Assembly (NCBI GenBank): GCA_036488815.1
Contig: DASXGX010000040.1
Coordinates: 50,447-114,446, forward strand
DNA: 64,000 bases
Direction: 5' to 3'
From: Roseiarcus sp.
Lineage (GTDB): Bacteria > Pseudomonadota > Alphaproteobacteria > Rhizobiales > Beijerinckiaceae
Shown piece by piece: positions 19,812-30,646 of this stretch. A program made the translations under genes and the position numbers. The notes under the pieces were generated by a model. It was not told the DNA's origin and ran no database searches. It saw only the letters and a program-made list of their open reading frames with translations. Positions within the stretch are counted from its first letter, which is position 1. The number at the start of each line of letters is the position of its first letter.

Positions 19812-21350
19812 ATGGCGAATCTGCTTCTCGCGGCGCCGCGTTCGCTCGCAACGCCGGCGGTCGCGCTCGCCGCGCTGTGCCTTTGCGCGCATCTCGCAGC
19901 GAATGGACATTACGGCGTCTTCCGCGACGAACTTTATTTCATCGCCTGCGGAGAACGCCCGGCCCTCGGCTACGTCGATCAGCCGCCGCTCGTTCCCCTG
20001 ATCGCCGCGGCGTCGCACGCGTGGTTCGGCGTGGCGCTGACGCCGCTGCGCCTCGCGCCGGCGCTGGCGATGGCGGCGACCGTCGCGCTGACGGCGAACT
20101 TCGCCAAGCGCCTTGGCGGCGGCAGCTACGCCCAATGGCTCGGCGGATTGGCGACGCTGCTCAGCCCCGTCCTCTTGGTGGACGGCGTGCTGCTGTCGAC
20201 GGACATGCTCCAGCCGCTGACCTGGCTCGCCTGCAGCTGGCTTCTCGTCCGGCTCATCGAGACGCGCGACGAGCGCATCTGGCTGGCGTTCGGCGTCGTC
20301 GTCGCGATCAGCCTTTGGAGCAAATATCTGATCGGATTCTTTCTCGTCGGCCTGGCGTTCGGGATCGTCGCGACGCCGCTGCGCCGCTCGCTCGCCAAGC
20401 CTTGGATCTACGCCGGCGCGGCGGTCGCGGTCGTGCTCGTGGCGCCGAACGTCCTGTGGCAAGCCGCGCACGGCTGGCCCTTTCTCGAACTGAGCAAGGC
20501 CGGCGCCAGCGGGAAAAACCTGGCTCTGTCGCCGCTCGCATTTCTGGGCCAGCAAGCCCTCATCGCCGGTCCGACCTTGGCGCCCCTCTGGGTCGCGGGC
20601 CTCTGGAGTCTCGCCGCGCGTCCCGGGCAACCCGAGCTGCGCGCATTCCCGATCGCCTATGTCGTGATGACGGCGATCTTTCTCCTCGCGCACGGCAAGG
20701 CCTACTATCTCGCGGCCTTCTATCCGACGTTGTTCGCCGCCGGCGCCGTCGCCTTCGAACGCTGGTTTCCCTCTCGCGCGTTGCGTTGGACCGTGGCGGG
20801 CGTATTCGTCGTCGGCGGACTCCTGGCGGTCCCGCTCGCTTTGCCGATCCTGCCTCCCGATCGATTCATCGCCTATTCCCGCGCGCTCGGATTGACGCCG
20901 TCAGTCACCGCGACGGAACGCGGCGCGCAAAGCCAGCTGCCGCAATATTTCGCGGACATGTTCGGCTGGCGAGAGATGGCGGAGCAAGTGTCGGCGGTCT
21001 ATCAAGCGCTGCCGGAGACCGACCGTCGCCGTGCGGTGTTCTTCGGCCGCAATTACGGCGAAGCCGCCGCGCTCGAGATCTATGGTCCCTCATTCGGCGG
21101 ACCGCCGGCGATCAGCGGACACAATAGCTACTTTCTCTGGGGTCCGGATGGATACGACGGCTCGGTCGTCATCGTGCTCGGCGCCGCTGGCCCGCGGCTC
21201 GCGGCGAAATACTACGACGATATCCGCACCGCCGGCCGCATCGAGAACCCCTATGCGATGCCGAGCGAGACCAACGTCTCGATCAGCGTCCTGCGCTCGC
21301 CGCGAGTCCCCTTGAGCGAGATTTGGCCTGCATTGAAGCACTACGAGTAG
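19812..21350 (+). CDS. GT39/ArnT-like integral membrane glycosyltransferase
   Basis: FRDELYFIACG, GYVDQPPL, LWSKY; many TM segments plus a soluble C-terminal domain. Confidence 0.8.
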   Translation: MANLLLAAPRSLATPAVALAALCLCAHLAANGHYGVFRDELYFIACGERPALGYVDQPPLVPLIAAASHAWFGVALTPLRLAPALAMAATVALTANFAKRLGGGSYAQWLGGLATLLSPVLLVDGVLLSTDMLQPLTWLACSWLLVRLIETRDERIWLAFGVVVAISLWSKYLIGFFLVGLAFGIVATPLRRSLAKPWIYAGAAVAVVLVAPNVLWQAAHGWPFLELSKAGASGKNLALSPLAFLGQQALIAGPTLAPLWVAGLWSLAARPGQPELRAFPIAYVVMTAIFLLAHGKAYYLAAFYPTLFAAGAVAFERWFPSRALRWTVAGVFVVGGLLAVPLALPILPPDRFIAYSRALGLTPSVTATERGAQSQLPQYFADMFGWREMAEQVSAVYQALPETDRRRAVFFGRNYGEAAALEIYGPSFGGPPAISGHNSYFLWGPDGYDGSVVIVLGAAGPRLAAKYYDDIRTAGRIENPYAMPSETNVSISVLRSPRVPLSEIWPALKHYE

Positions 21351-21407
21351 CGCCGCGCTTCGAGAGCAAAAGAGCGGGCGGCGGCGCTCGCGCCGCCCGC
21401 GCCGCCG

Positions 21408-22622
21408 TCAGGCCTGAATCAAGTCGCCGAACAACACCCAGCTCTGGCCGTCGAACTTGGCGAGCTGCATCTGGCGGATGGGGTTGTAGTTGGTCGGCGA
21501 CGTGTTGAGCTTCATGCCTGGCAGCAGCACCGGCACTTCGAAATCCTTGAGGTTCGCCGCCTCCTTCATGATGCGCTCGCGCGACAGGTCGGCGCCGCAT
21601 TGCTTGAGCACCTGCACCATCGTAATCGCCGCGCCGTAGCCGTAGACGATGTTGTTGTCGGTCTGGCTCGCTCCCGCCATGTATTTGTTCATGAACTCGC
21701 GCCACCCAGCGATACCCGGATCGTCCTTCCAGGTCGGGTCGGTCGGCTCCTTGCCATAGGCGCCGGTCAGCGCGCCGACGCATTTCTCGAGGCCGGCCGG
21801 CTTCAGCACGGCGCCGACGGAATAGGAGACGTTGGTGAGATATTCGAGCGGCTTCCAGCCGACGTCATAGGCCTTGCGCAAAGCCTGGGCCGCGAATTTC
21901 GGCGTCGCCGCGATGAGGAAGGTGTCGGCGCCGGAGCTTTGCAGATCGATGATTTGCGAATCGACCGTCGGCTCGGAGGTTTCGTACGAGGCTTCCTTCA
22001 CGACCATGGCGCCGTATTTGTCGCCGAAGACGTCCTTTAGGCCGATCAGATAGTCCTTGCCGAAATCGTCGTTCTGATAGAGCACGCCGATCTTGGCGTT
22101 CGGCTTGGTCGACTGGATGTGCTTGGCGTAGATGCGCGCTTCCGTCTGGTAGCTCGGGTTGTAGCCCATGGTCCAGGGATAGTGCTTGTAATCGCCGAAT
22201 TTGCTCGCCCCGGTGGACACGAACAACTGCGGGACCTTGTTTTCGTTGAGATAGTCGCGGATCGCCGAATTCGGCGCGGTGCCCAGGGTGTTGAACGTGA
22301 ACGCGACCTGTTCCTGCTCGACGAGGCGACGGATCTGCTCGACGGTCTTAGGCGGGCTGTAGCCGTCGTCGAGGCTGATCAGGTTGATCTTGCGCCCATT
22401 CACACCGCCCTGCTCGTTGATCATCTTGAAATAGGCGGCCTCCGTTCGGCCGATGACGCCATAGGCCGAAGCCGGACCGCTATAGGGCATGGTCTGGCCG
22501 ATCTTGATCTCGGTGTCGGTGACTCCAGGCGCATTCGCCGCCAGCGAGGGCCAAGGCCGCATCGCCAGCGCCGCGGCGCCGGCGCCGCCTGCTTTCAAAA
22601 TGGCGCGTCGTGAGATCATCAT
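21408..22622 (-). CDS. Liv/HAAT-type ABC substrate-binding protein with Tat signal
   Basis: SRRAILK twin-arginine leader; EIKIGQTMPYSGPAS, DDGYSPPKT. Confidence 0.9.
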   Translation of the reverse strand: MMISRRAILKAGGAGAAALAMRPWPSLAANAPGVTDTEIKIGQTMPYSGPASAYGVIGRTEAAYFKMINEQGGVNGRKINLISLDDGYSPPKTVEQIRRLVEQEQVAFTFNTLGTAPNSAIRDYLNENKVPQLFVSTGASKFGDYKHYPWTMGYNPSYQTEARIYAKHIQSTKPNAKIGVLYQNDDFGKDYLIGLKDVFGDKYGAMVVKEASYETSEPTVDSQIIDLQSSGADTFLIAATPKFAAQALRKAYDVGWKPLEYLTNVSYSVGAVLKPAGLEKCVGALTGAYGKEPTDPTWKDDPGIAGWREFMNKYMAGASQTDNNIVYGYGAAITMVQVLKQCGADLSRERIMKEAANLKDFEVPVLLPGMKLNTSPTNYNPIRQMQLAKFDGQSWVLFGDLIQA

Positions 22623-22671
22623 TTCCTCCCTTGTTATTGCGCGCGCTTTTGCGCGGCGCGATTGAAACGTT

Positions 22672-23682
22672 TCAAGCCCGGCGCAACCGTGCGACGGCCG
22701 CAACCAGCTTGCGTCCGGCGCCCGCCGCGCCCGACGGCGCCGCGTACATGATCAGGATCAGCAGGAGCCCGTAGATCGCCCAGGGCATCGCTTTTGCGCT
22801 CTCGCCGAACACGTCGGCGATCGAGTCCGCAATGTTGGGGATGAACTCGATGAAAACGGCGCCGACGACGACGCCGGGGATCGAAGCGAGGCCGCCGACG
22901 ACGATGCCGACGACGAACGACAGCGAGAGGAACAAGCCGAAGCTGTCGGGTGAGACGAAGCCGACGATCAGGCTCATCAGCGCTCCGGCGACGCCGGTGT
23001 AGGCGGCGCTGACGCCGAAGGTCGTGGTCTTGTAGAGCGCGGCGTCGACCCCCATCGTCTCGGCCGCAATCGGATGGTCGCGGATCGCGATCAGCGCCCG
23101 CCCGATGCGGCTATGCACGAGGTTCGACGCGGCCCAGAACAGCGGCGCCGCGAAGGCGAGGCACAAGAGGTAGAGCCACTGGTCGCGCGTCAGCGGCAGG
23201 CCGAGCGGCGCCTGCGGCTTCGTCAGCAGCAGGCCCTGCACGCCGCCCGTGTAGGCGTCGAACGCCTTGAACTTGAGGAGTTGCGGCGTCGCCATCGCGA
23301 GGGCGAAGGTCGCGAGCGCGAGATAGAGGCCGCCGAGCCGCAGCGCCGGCAGGCCGAACAGGAATCCGGCGACAAAGCAAACCACGCCAGCGATCGGGAT
23401 CGCGAAGGCATAGGGGACATGAAGCTTCACGATCAGGATCGCCGCCGCATAGCCGCCGATCGCAAAGAATGCGCCGTGGCCGAGCGAGATCTGGCCGTTG
23501 ACGCCGGTCAAGAGATTGAGCCCGAGCAGCGCGACCGCATAGACGACGACCTGCGACAGTTGGAAGGTCTGATAGCCGCTCGTCACGAAGGGTAGCGCAA
23601 CGGCAGCGACAAGAACGACAGCGATCGCGAACCAGCGCGCCCTCATCTCTATCGGCATCGCGGCGGCTGAGGCTAAACTCAT
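22672..23682 (-). CDS. Branched-chain amino acid-type ABC permease (LivM-like)
   Basis: GQISLGHGAFFAIGGY, YLALATFA, AIRDHPIAAETMG. Confidence 0.9.
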   Translation of the reverse strand: MSLASAAAMPIEMRARWFAIAVVLVAAVALPFVTSGYQTFQLSQVVVYAVALLGLNLLTGVNGQISLGHGAFFAIGGYAAAILIVKLHVPYAFAIPIAGVVCFVAGFLFGLPALRLGGLYLALATFALAMATPQLLKFKAFDAYTGGVQGLLLTKPQAPLGLPLTRDQWLYLLCLAFAAPLFWAASNLVHSRIGRALIAIRDHPIAAETMGVDAALYKTTTFGVSAAYTGVAGALMSLIVGFVSPDSFGLFLSLSFVVGIVVGGLASIPGVVVGAVFIEFIPNIADSIADVFGESAKAMPWAIYGLLLILIMYAAPSGAAGAGRKLVAAVARLRRA

Positions 23683-23695
23683 GCGGCGGTTCCTC

Positions 23696-24568
23696 TCATA
23701 CGCGCGTCACGACCACCCGGCCAAACAGGCCGGAGGGCTTTGCGACCAGCACCCCGACGATGATCGCCAGCGCGACCGAGAGCTTGATCTCGCTACCGAC
23801 GAGATAGGCGCCGGCGAGGTTCTCGAGCACGCCGACGAGGAAGCCTCCGGCGGCCGCTCCCCAGGGATTGTCGATCCCGCCGAGCAGCGCGGCGGCGAAG
23901 CCATAGAGCAATATGCCGCCCATCATATTGGGATCGAGATAGACGATCGGCGCCGCCATCATGCCCGCGACTGCGCCGACGGCGGCCGCGAGGCCCCAGC
24001 CGATCGCCAGCATCCGGCCGACGCTGATGCCGACGAGCCGCGCCGACACCGGGTTCTGCGCCGCCGCGCGCATCGCGAGGCCGAGCGGGGTGAAGCGAAA
24101 GAAGGCGTAGATCAGCGCGAGCATCACCAGCGTCACGCCGATCGCACCCATTTCGTGCGGCGAGATGTAGCCGGCGCCGAAGCGCGCGGTGTCGGGGAAC
24201 GGACTGTCGAAGGTCTGGATCTCATAGGTGAACAGCCAGCCGGCGACGCTGTTGATGATGACGAGCAAGCCGATGAACACGATGACGACCGTCAGAACCG
24301 GCGCCCCGTCGAAGCGGCGGATCACGAGCCGCTCGATCGCCGCGCCGACGACGAAGGAAATCGCGACCGTCAGGAAGAACGCGGCCCAATAGGGCACGCC
24401 CGCCTGGATCATCGCCCAGGCGAGATAGGTCGACAGCATGGCCATCTCGCCCTGCGCGAAATTTACGAGGCGCGTCGCCTGGTAGATCATCACGATCGCC
24501 AGCGCGACGCAGGCGTAGATGCTTCCCATCGCGAGGCCGGAGAGGAGTTGATGCGTGAGCGCGAACAT
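23696..24568 (-). CDS. Branched-chain amino acid-type ABC permease (LivH-like)
   Basis: GSIYACVALAIVMIY, VNFAQGE, GLAMRAAAQNP. Confidence 0.9.
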   Translation of the reverse strand: MFALTHQLLSGLAMGSIYACVALAIVMIYQATRLVNFAQGEMAMLSTYLAWAMIQAGVPYWAAFFLTVAISFVVGAAIERLVIRRFDGAPVLTVVIVFIGLLVIINSVAGWLFTYEIQTFDSPFPDTARFGAGYISPHEMGAIGVTLVMLALIYAFFRFTPLGLAMRAAAQNPVSARLVGISVGRMLAIGWGLAAAVGAVAGMMAAPIVYLDPNMMGGILLYGFAAALLGGIDNPWGAAAGGFLVGVLENLAGAYLVGSEIKLSVALAIIVGVLVAKPSGLFGRVVVTRV

Positions 24569-24578
24569 CCCTGCCCTC

Positions 24579-25292
24579 TCAATAGCCCAGATAGACGCGG
24601 CGGACGGATTCGTCGGCGCGCACCTCGCTCGAGGCGCCGCTGACCGCGACGCGGCCGGTCTCCAGGAGAAAGGCGCGGTCGGCGAGATCGAGCGCGAGAT
24701 TCGCGTTCTGCTCGACGATCAGCATACTCACGCCCTCATCCCGATTGATGGCGCGGAGGATGCGGAAGATGTCCTTGACGACGAGCGGCGCGAGGCCGAA
24801 CGAGGGCTCGTCGAGCAGCAACAGGCGCGGCCGAAGCATCAGCGCGCGGGAGATCGCCAGCATCTGCTGCTCGCCGCCGGATAGAGAGCCAGCCTGCTGG
24901 CGGCGCCGCTCCTCGAGGCGGGGAAAGTGGTCGAAGGCGCGCTTGAGATCGCGCGCAACCTCGCTCCTGTCCTTTCGCGTATAGGCGCCGAGGCGAAGGT
25001 TCTCTTCGACCGTCAGCTCGAGAAAGGTGCCCCGTCCGTCGGGCACGTGAGCGATCCGCCGCCGTGCGGCCTCCTCGGCTTCCCGAGGGTTGAAGGGCGC
25101 ACCCTCGAAAAGAATCTCGCCTTGGCGACGAACCATCGCGCAGAGCGCGCGCAGTAGCGTCGTCTTGCCGGCGCCGTTGGCGCCCAGCACCGCCGTCACG
25201 CCGCGCTCCTCGACCGTCAGATCGACGTCGAACAGCGCCTGCGTCTGACCGTAGAAGGCGCTGAGGCGGCGCGTTTCGAGCAAGGCCGCCAT
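24579..25292 (-). CDS. ABC ATPase (LivF-like)
   Basis: GANGAGKT, LSGGEQQM, LLLDEPSFGLAP. Confidence 0.9.
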   Translation of the reverse strand: MAALLETRRLSAFYGQTQALFDVDLTVEERGVTAVLGANGAGKTTLLRALCAMVRRQGEILFEGAPFNPREAEEAARRRIAHVPDGRGTFLELTVEENLRLGAYTRKDRSEVARDLKRAFDHFPRLEERRRQQAGSLSGGEQQMLAISRALMLRPRLLLLDEPSFGLAPLVVKDIFRILRAINRDEGVSMLIVEQNANLALDLADRAFLLETGRVAVSGASSEVRADESVRRVYLGY

Positions 25293-26122
25293 CAGCTTGC
25301 GTCTCCGAGATAGGCGCGCACGACGTCGGGGTTGCAGCGCACCTCGGCGGGCGGCCCGTCGGCGATGACGCGGCCGAAATCGAGCGCGACGACCTGGTCT
25401 GAGACGCGCATGACGAGGTTCATATGGTGCTCGACGAGCAGAACGCTGATCCCGCGCCGATCTCGAATCGCCTGGATCTCGGCCCTCAGCGCGTCGACCT
25501 CCTCGTGACTGAGGCCGGCCGCGGGCTCGTCGAGCAGCAGCAGCTTGGGCTCGAGGGCGAGCGCGCGGGCAAGCTCGACCCGCTTTCGCGTACCGAACGG
25601 CAACTCGCGCACCAGCGTTCCCGCTACCGCAGCGAGGCCGAACTCCTCGATCAGCGCCATTGCGCGCTCGCGGATGCTGCATTCCTCGTGGCGCGCGCCA
25701 GGCAGCCCGAGCGCGTTGGCGAGGAAGCCGCCGCGCGCGATCGCGTGCGTGCCGACCATCACGTTTTCGAGCACGGTCATCGTGTCGAACAGCGCGAGGT
25801 TCTGGAAGGTGCGGGCGACGCCGAGCCGAGCGATCTCATGCTTGCCGAGGCGCTCGATCGGGCGCCCCTCGAAGCGGATCTCGCCGCGCTGCGGCCGATA
25901 GAGCCGCGAGAGGCAGTTGAACAAGGTGGTCTTGCCCGCCCCGTTCGGGCCGATCAACCCGCAAATCTCGCCCCGCGCGACATCGAAGCTCACGTCGTCG
26001 AGCGCGACGACCCCGCCGAAGCGCACGGTCAGGCCATCGATCGACAGAAGCGGCCGCAAGGCGGCGGCCCGCGCCGGCGGCCGGGCGCGCAAATCGGCAA
26101 CGGACGGCGTCGAAAGCCCCAT
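25292..26122 (-). CDS. ABC ATPase (LivG-like)
   Basis: GPNGAGKT, RTFQN, LLLDEPAAGL, VEHHM. Confidence 0.9.
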   Translation of the reverse strand: MGLSTPSVADLRARPPARAAALRPLLSIDGLTVRFGGVVALDDVSFDVARGEICGLIGPNGAGKTTLFNCLSRLYRPQRGEIRFEGRPIERLGKHEIARLGVARTFQNLALFDTMTVLENVMVGTHAIARGGFLANALGLPGARHEECSIRERAMALIEEFGLAAVAGTLVRELPFGTRKRVELARALALEPKLLLLDEPAAGLSHEEVDALRAEIQAIRDRRGISVLLVEHHMNLVMRVSDQVVALDFGRVIADGPPAEVRCNPDVVRAYLGDAS

Positions 26123-26244
26123 CGGTCGCTTCCACCCTGAAATTCATTCTGGCTTTGTTTTTTACGGAGTTTCGCCGCTTCCGCGGGATTTGTCACCATC
26201 CTTTTCCGTGATCGCCATGCGAGACTTTTGTCGCACCCGTTCGT

Positions 26245-27030
26245 TCAGGACGCTGCGTTCCCGCTGAACTCCTCTAGAAAGCTCAGCACACCCGCCTTAT
26301 AGACTTTGTCACCGACCGCGAGATTGTGATCGCGCCCGGGAATATCGAGCGCTTTCCCGCGCGGAAACATCGCCGCCAGCCGATGCGCGTCGCCCGCCAC
26401 TTCGTCGCGCGTTCCAATCGCGACCAGGGTCGGCGCGGCGATGTTCGCTATCTCCGCCTCGCTCAAGGTCTGGCGCGAGCCGCGAATGCAGGCCGCGAGC
26501 GCCGCCCGGTCGCTCTTGGTCTGCTCGGCGAAGGCGCGAAACATGCGCTGCATCGGATCGGCGAGGCTGTCGAGCGAGGGCGCCTCCATCGCGTCCGCGA
26601 TGCCGAGCGGCAACCCGACGCCGTCGACGAGATGGTCGCCGAGGCCGCCAAGGATCAGCGCGCGAACGCGCTCGGGCGCCGTCAGGGCGAGAAAGCTGGC
26701 GATGCGCGCGCCCATGGAATAGCCCATCACGTCGGCGCGGCCGATGCCCAAATGGGCAAGCAAATTGGCGGCGTCGCGCGCCATCACCGAGGAATGATAG
26801 TCGTCCGGCTCGTAGAGCTTCTCGCTTTCGCCGTGGCCGCGATTGTCGAAGGCGACGACCCGCCGTCCGGCTTTGGACAAGGTCTCTACCCAGCGCGGAT
26901 TGACCCAGTTGATGCGGTGATTCGAGGCGAAGCCGTGAATCAGCAGGATCGGCTCACCCCGATCCGGGCCTTCGGGGGCGACATCGATGAAGGCGATGCG
27001 CACGCCGTCGGATGAGAAATGCTGTATCAT
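26245..27030 (-). CDS. Alpha/beta hydrolase
   Basis: LLIHGFAS, DNRGHGES, GYSMG nucleophile, GRDHN. Confidence 0.85.
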   Translation of the reverse strand: MIQHFSSDGVRIAFIDVAPEGPDRGEPILLIHGFASNHRINWVNPRWVETLSKAGRRVVAFDNRGHGESEKLYEPDDYHSSVMARDAANLLAHLGIGRADVMGYSMGARIASFLALTAPERVRALILGGLGDHLVDGVGLPLGIADAMEAPSLDSLADPMQRMFRAFAEQTKSDRAALAACIRGSRQTLSEAEIANIAAPTLVAIGTRDEVAGDAHRLAAMFPRGKALDIPGRDHNLAVGDKVYKAGVLSFLEEFSGNAAS

Positions 27031-27203
27031 GCGGCCCGCTCCATAAACCCTATCGCGACGCACATAGACGGCCCGCGCCGGGCTGAAAAGGCGCCGCGCC
27101 GAGGCGGCGACTTGAAATCAACGTTAGGTCCGCGTTGGCTGTTATCTTGCCAGTTCCCCCGAAGGGGGCCAATGTCGAGACGGCCTTCAGCACCGAGCCG
27201 CGC

Positions 27204-28376
27204 ATGATCCCGAACCGCCCCGCCGTCCTCAACTTCGATCTCGGCGAAGCCGCCGACATGATCCGCGATTCCACTCGAGAATTCGCCGAGGACGAGATCG
27301 CCCCGCGCGCCGCCGCGATCGACCGCGACAACCAATTTCCTGGGGATCTCTGGCCCAAGATGGGGGCGCTCGGACTGCACGGAATCACGGCCCCGGAGGA
27401 GTACGGCGGCCTCGGGCTCGGCTACCTCCAGCACTGCGTCGCGGTGGAGGAGGTCTCACGCGCCTCGGCCTCGGTCGGCCTCTCCTACGGCGCGCATTCC
27501 AACCTCTGCGTCAATCAGCTCGTGCGCAACGGGAACGAGACGCAGAAGCGGCGTTATCTGCCCAAGCTCGTCTCGGGCGAGCATGTCGGGGCTCTGGCGA
27601 TGTCCGAGCCCGGCGCGGGCTCCGATGTCGTCTCGATGACGACGCGCGCCGACCGAAAGGGCGACCGCTTTGTCATCAATGGCGCGAAGATGTGGATCAC
27701 CAACGGCCCGGTCGCCGACACCCTGATCGTCTACGCCAAGACCGACCCCGCTGCCGGGCCGCGCGGCATCAGCGCCTTTCTGATCGAGCGCGGCATGAAC
27801 GGTTTTTCGACCGGAACCAAGCTCGACAAGCTCGGCATGCGGGGATCGGACACCTCCGAGTTGATCTTCAGCGATTGCGAGGTTCCCGAGGAGAATCTCC
27901 TCGGCGAGCTCGGACGCGGCGCCAATGTGCTGATGAGCGGGCTCGATTACGAGCGCGTGGTGCTCGCCGCCGGGCCGCTCGGCATCATGCAGGCGGCTAT
28001 GGATGTCGTTCTGCCCTATGTCCACGAGCGCAAGCAGTTCGGCCAGCCGATCGGCGCCTTCCAGCTCGTGCAGGGCAAGCTCGCCGACATGTATGTCGTC
28101 ATGAACGCCGCGCGCGCCTACGTCTATGCGGTGGCGAAGGCGTGCGATCGCGGCGAGACGACGCGCGAAGACGCCGCCGGCGCCATCCTCTACGCAGCCG
28201 AACGGGCGACCCAGGTCGCGCTCGACGCGATTCAGATCCTCGGCGGCAACGGCTACACCAACGACTATCCGGTCGCCCGCCTCTTGCGTGACGCCAAGCT
28301 CTACGAGATCGGCGCCGGCACCAGCGAGATCCGGCGCATGCTGATCGGACGCGAATTGTTTGCGAAGAGCCAATGA
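27204..28376 (+). CDS. ivd: Isovaleryl-CoA dehydrogenase
   Basis: [48 protein letters not shown]. Confidence 0.92.
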   Translation: MIPNRPAVLNFDLGEAADMIRDSTREFAEDEIAPRAAAIDRDNQFPGDLWPKMGALGLHGITAPEEYGGLGLGYLQHCVAVEEVSRASASVGLSYGAHSNLCVNQLVRNGNETQKRRYLPKLVSGEHVGALAMSEPGAGSDVVSMTTRADRKGDRFVINGAKMWITNGPVADTLIVYAKTDPAAGPRGISAFLIERGMNGFSTGTKLDKLGMRGSDTSELIFSDCEVPEENLLGELGRGANVLMSGLDYERVVLAAGPLGIMQAAMDVVLPYVHERKQFGQPIGAFQLVQGKLADMYVVMNAARAYVYAVAKACDRGETTREDAAGAILYAAERATQVALDAIQILGGNGYTNDYPVARLLRDAKLYEIGAGTSEIRRMLIGRELFAKSQ

Positions 28377-29119
28377 ACGCGATTGATCGCACGCGCGTTG
28401 GCGCCTCAGATGCGATGCGCGCGCCTTCCGATGCTCCTCCCGTCGAATGGGTCGTCTCGCCCGGCCTCACCGAATACCCCGCCGCCCTCGCCGAGATGGA
28501 ATCGCGCGCCGAGGCGATTGCGGAAGGGCGCGCGGCGGAGCGGGTCTGGCTCGTCGAGCATCCCCCGCTCTACACCGCGGGCACCAGCGCCAAGCCGGCG
28601 GATCTTCTCGATGCGCGCTTTCCGGTCTTTCGCGCCGGGCGCGGCGGTCAGTTCACCTATCACGGGCCAGGTCAAAGGGTCGCCTACGTGATGCTCGACC
28701 TCAAGCGGCGCCGTCCCGACGTGCGCGCGTTCGTCGGCGCGCTTGAGAATTGGCTGATCGACGCGCTCGCCGCCTTCAGCGTGATTGGCGAGACGCGCGA
28801 GACGCGCGTCGGCGTCTGGGTCGCGCGGCCTGACAAACCGCGCGGAATTGACGGCTCGATGGCCGAGGACAAGATCGCCGCCATCGGCATTCGCGTGCGT
28901 CGGTGGGTGTCGTTTCACGGCGTCGCGCTCAACGTCGCGCCCGACCTCTCGCATTTCCAGGGCATCGTTCCCTGCGGCATTGGCGAGGCGCACTACGGTG
29001 TGACGAGCCTCAGCGACCTCGGCCGCGCCGTCTCGATGGCAGACGCGGATGCGGCGCTCCGAACCGCCTTCGAGGCGCGCTTTGGACCGACGCTGGCGGA
29101 CGCCGCGCGCTTGGCTTAG
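28373..29119 (+). CDS. lipB: Lipoyl(octanoyl) transferase
   Basis: [38 protein letters not shown]. Confidence 0.95.
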   Translation: MNAIDRTRVGASDAMRAPSDAPPVEWVVSPGLTEYPAALAEMESRAEAIAEGRAAERVWLVEHPPLYTAGTSAKPADLLDARFPVFRAGRGGQFTYHGPGQRVAYVMLDLKRRRPDVRAFVGALENWLIDALAAFSVIGETRETRVGVWVARPDKPRGIDGSMAEDKIAAIGIRVRRWVSFHGVALNVAPDLSHFQGIVPCGIGEAHYGVTSLSDLGRAVSMADADAALRTAFEARFGPTLADAARLA

Positions 29120-29155
29120 GAAAGCGGTTCCGACCTCCTCCTCGACAGGCGCCCC

Positions 29156-30643
29156 ATGTACGCCGGCCCCCGGCACGATCGCGACCGCATCGACGGGCTG
29201 GCGGCCTTCGCCGCCGCCGCCTTCCTCACCGGCATGGGCCTCGTCGCCGCTCTGGCGCGCGTCGGCGCGCCGGATCACCTGGTCGAAGCGCTGGGGCCGC
29301 TGATCGCCCTGGTCGGCCTCCTCGTCATCGGCGCGCTGACCCGCACCGCGCGGCTGGCCGATTTCCTCGCCGCGCGGCGCGCGATGCCGCCGCTCTACGG
29401 CGGCCTCGCCTTCGCCGCGACCGCTGCGGGATCGGTCCTCGCGCTCGCGGGCGAACCCGGCCGCCCGATGCCCGTGCCCGGCGCGTTCGTCGCGCTCGGC
29501 CTGGTGATCGCAGCGCTGATCGTCGGCCCTCTCCTGCGCGCCGCCAATGCAAGCGCCGTCAGCGACATCTTGGCGACGCGCTTTCCCATCGCGCGCTGGC
29601 CGCTCTCCCTCGTGCTGTGGGTGTGCGGGCTGCTCGCGACGATCGCGGGCCTCGACGCCGCCGTCGACGTCATCGTCGCGCATGTCGGCCAAAGCCGTCG
29701 GGCGGCGGAAATCATCGTTGCGATCGCGCTCGCCGTGACCGTCGTTCCCGGCGGGCTCAAGGGGTTGCTCTGGAGCGACGCGGCGAGCGCGGGCGGCGCC
29801 CTGGCGATCGCGGCGATCGGATCGGGCTTGGCGTGGCTCGGCGCGGGAGCGGCGGCGCCCAGCCTCGCCTGGCTGACCGAATTGCAAGCGCCGGCCGACG
29901 CAAAGACACTGCTACTCGACGCAGCCGTGGCGTTCGGCGTCGGCACGTTTTTCGTGTTTCTCTCCCCCGCGATCGGGGCGCCGCCCGGCCGTGCGATGCG
30001 AACCGGCCTCTCCGGCCTGCTGCTCGCATGTCTCGCTTTCGCGCTCGGCGCCGCTAGCCTCGCCGCGTTCGGGCCGCGCGGCGCGGTAGGCGCCCCCTCC
30101 CCGGCGGTCGGCGCGCTCGTCGGCGCGGCGACGTGGTTGCCGGCGCTCGCGCTGGCGCGTGCAGGCGTCCTCGGAGCCTCGCGCGCGGCTGGCGTCGACC
30201 TAGCGACCGCCTACGGTCGCCTCGCCGTCCTCGCGAGCGCCCGCATCGCGCGCGCTCGGCTAATGATGCTCACGGTCATCGCAATCGCGACCGCGGCGTC
30301 GGACGCTCGGCTCCTCTCCGCATCCCAGGCGATCGTTCTGGCGCTGTCGCTCAATCTGGCGCTCGTCGCCCCATCGCTTGCGCTCGCCGCGGCCACGCGC
30401 TGGCGCTCGCCTGCGGCCTACGCAGCGCTGGCGGCGGGCGCGACGGCGCTGGTCGAACTCGCGCTCCGCGTCGGCGTCAAAGCGACCGCACGCGAAATTC
30501 TCGTCAGCGGCCTGATCGCCGGCGCGGCCGCGCTGATCGCAGGGGTCGTTGCGGGCGCCGGCGCGGCGTGGGCCTTCGGCCCACAACGGCGCGTCGCCCG
30601 CGCCGACCCCTTCAGCGATCTTCCCTTCGAGGCGAACGATTGA
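29156..30643 (+). CDS. Ala/Leu-rich multi-TM protein, divergent sodium:solute symporter (ActP-like) homologue
   Basis: DFLAARRAMPPLYGGLAFAA resembles the SSS motif DFxxAGRxxPxxYNGMAxAA; PGGLKGLLWSD resembles GGMKxxxWT. Confidence 0.55.
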   Translation: MYAGPRHDRDRIDGLAAFAAAAFLTGMGLVAALARVGAPDHLVEALGPLIALVGLLVIGALTRTARLADFLAARRAMPPLYGGLAFAATAAGSVLALAGEPGRPMPVPGAFVALGLVIAALIVGPLLRAANASAVSDILATRFPIARWPLSLVLWVCGLLATIAGLDAAVDVIVAHVGQSRRAAEIIVAIALAVTVVPGGLKGLLWSDAASAGGALAIAAIGSGLAWLGAGAAAPSLAWLTELQAPADAKTLLLDAAVAFGVGTFFVFLSPAIGAPPGRAMRTGLSGLLLACLAFALGAASLAAFGPRGAVGAPSPAVGALVGAATWLPALALARAGVLGASRAAGVDLATAYGRLAVLASARIARARLMMLTVIAIATAASDARLLSASQAIVLALSLNLALVAPSLALAAATRWRSPAAYAALAAGATALVELALRVGVKATAREILVSGLIAGAAALIAGVVAGAGAAWAFGPQRRVARADPFSDLPFEAND

Positions 30644-30646
30644 GGC

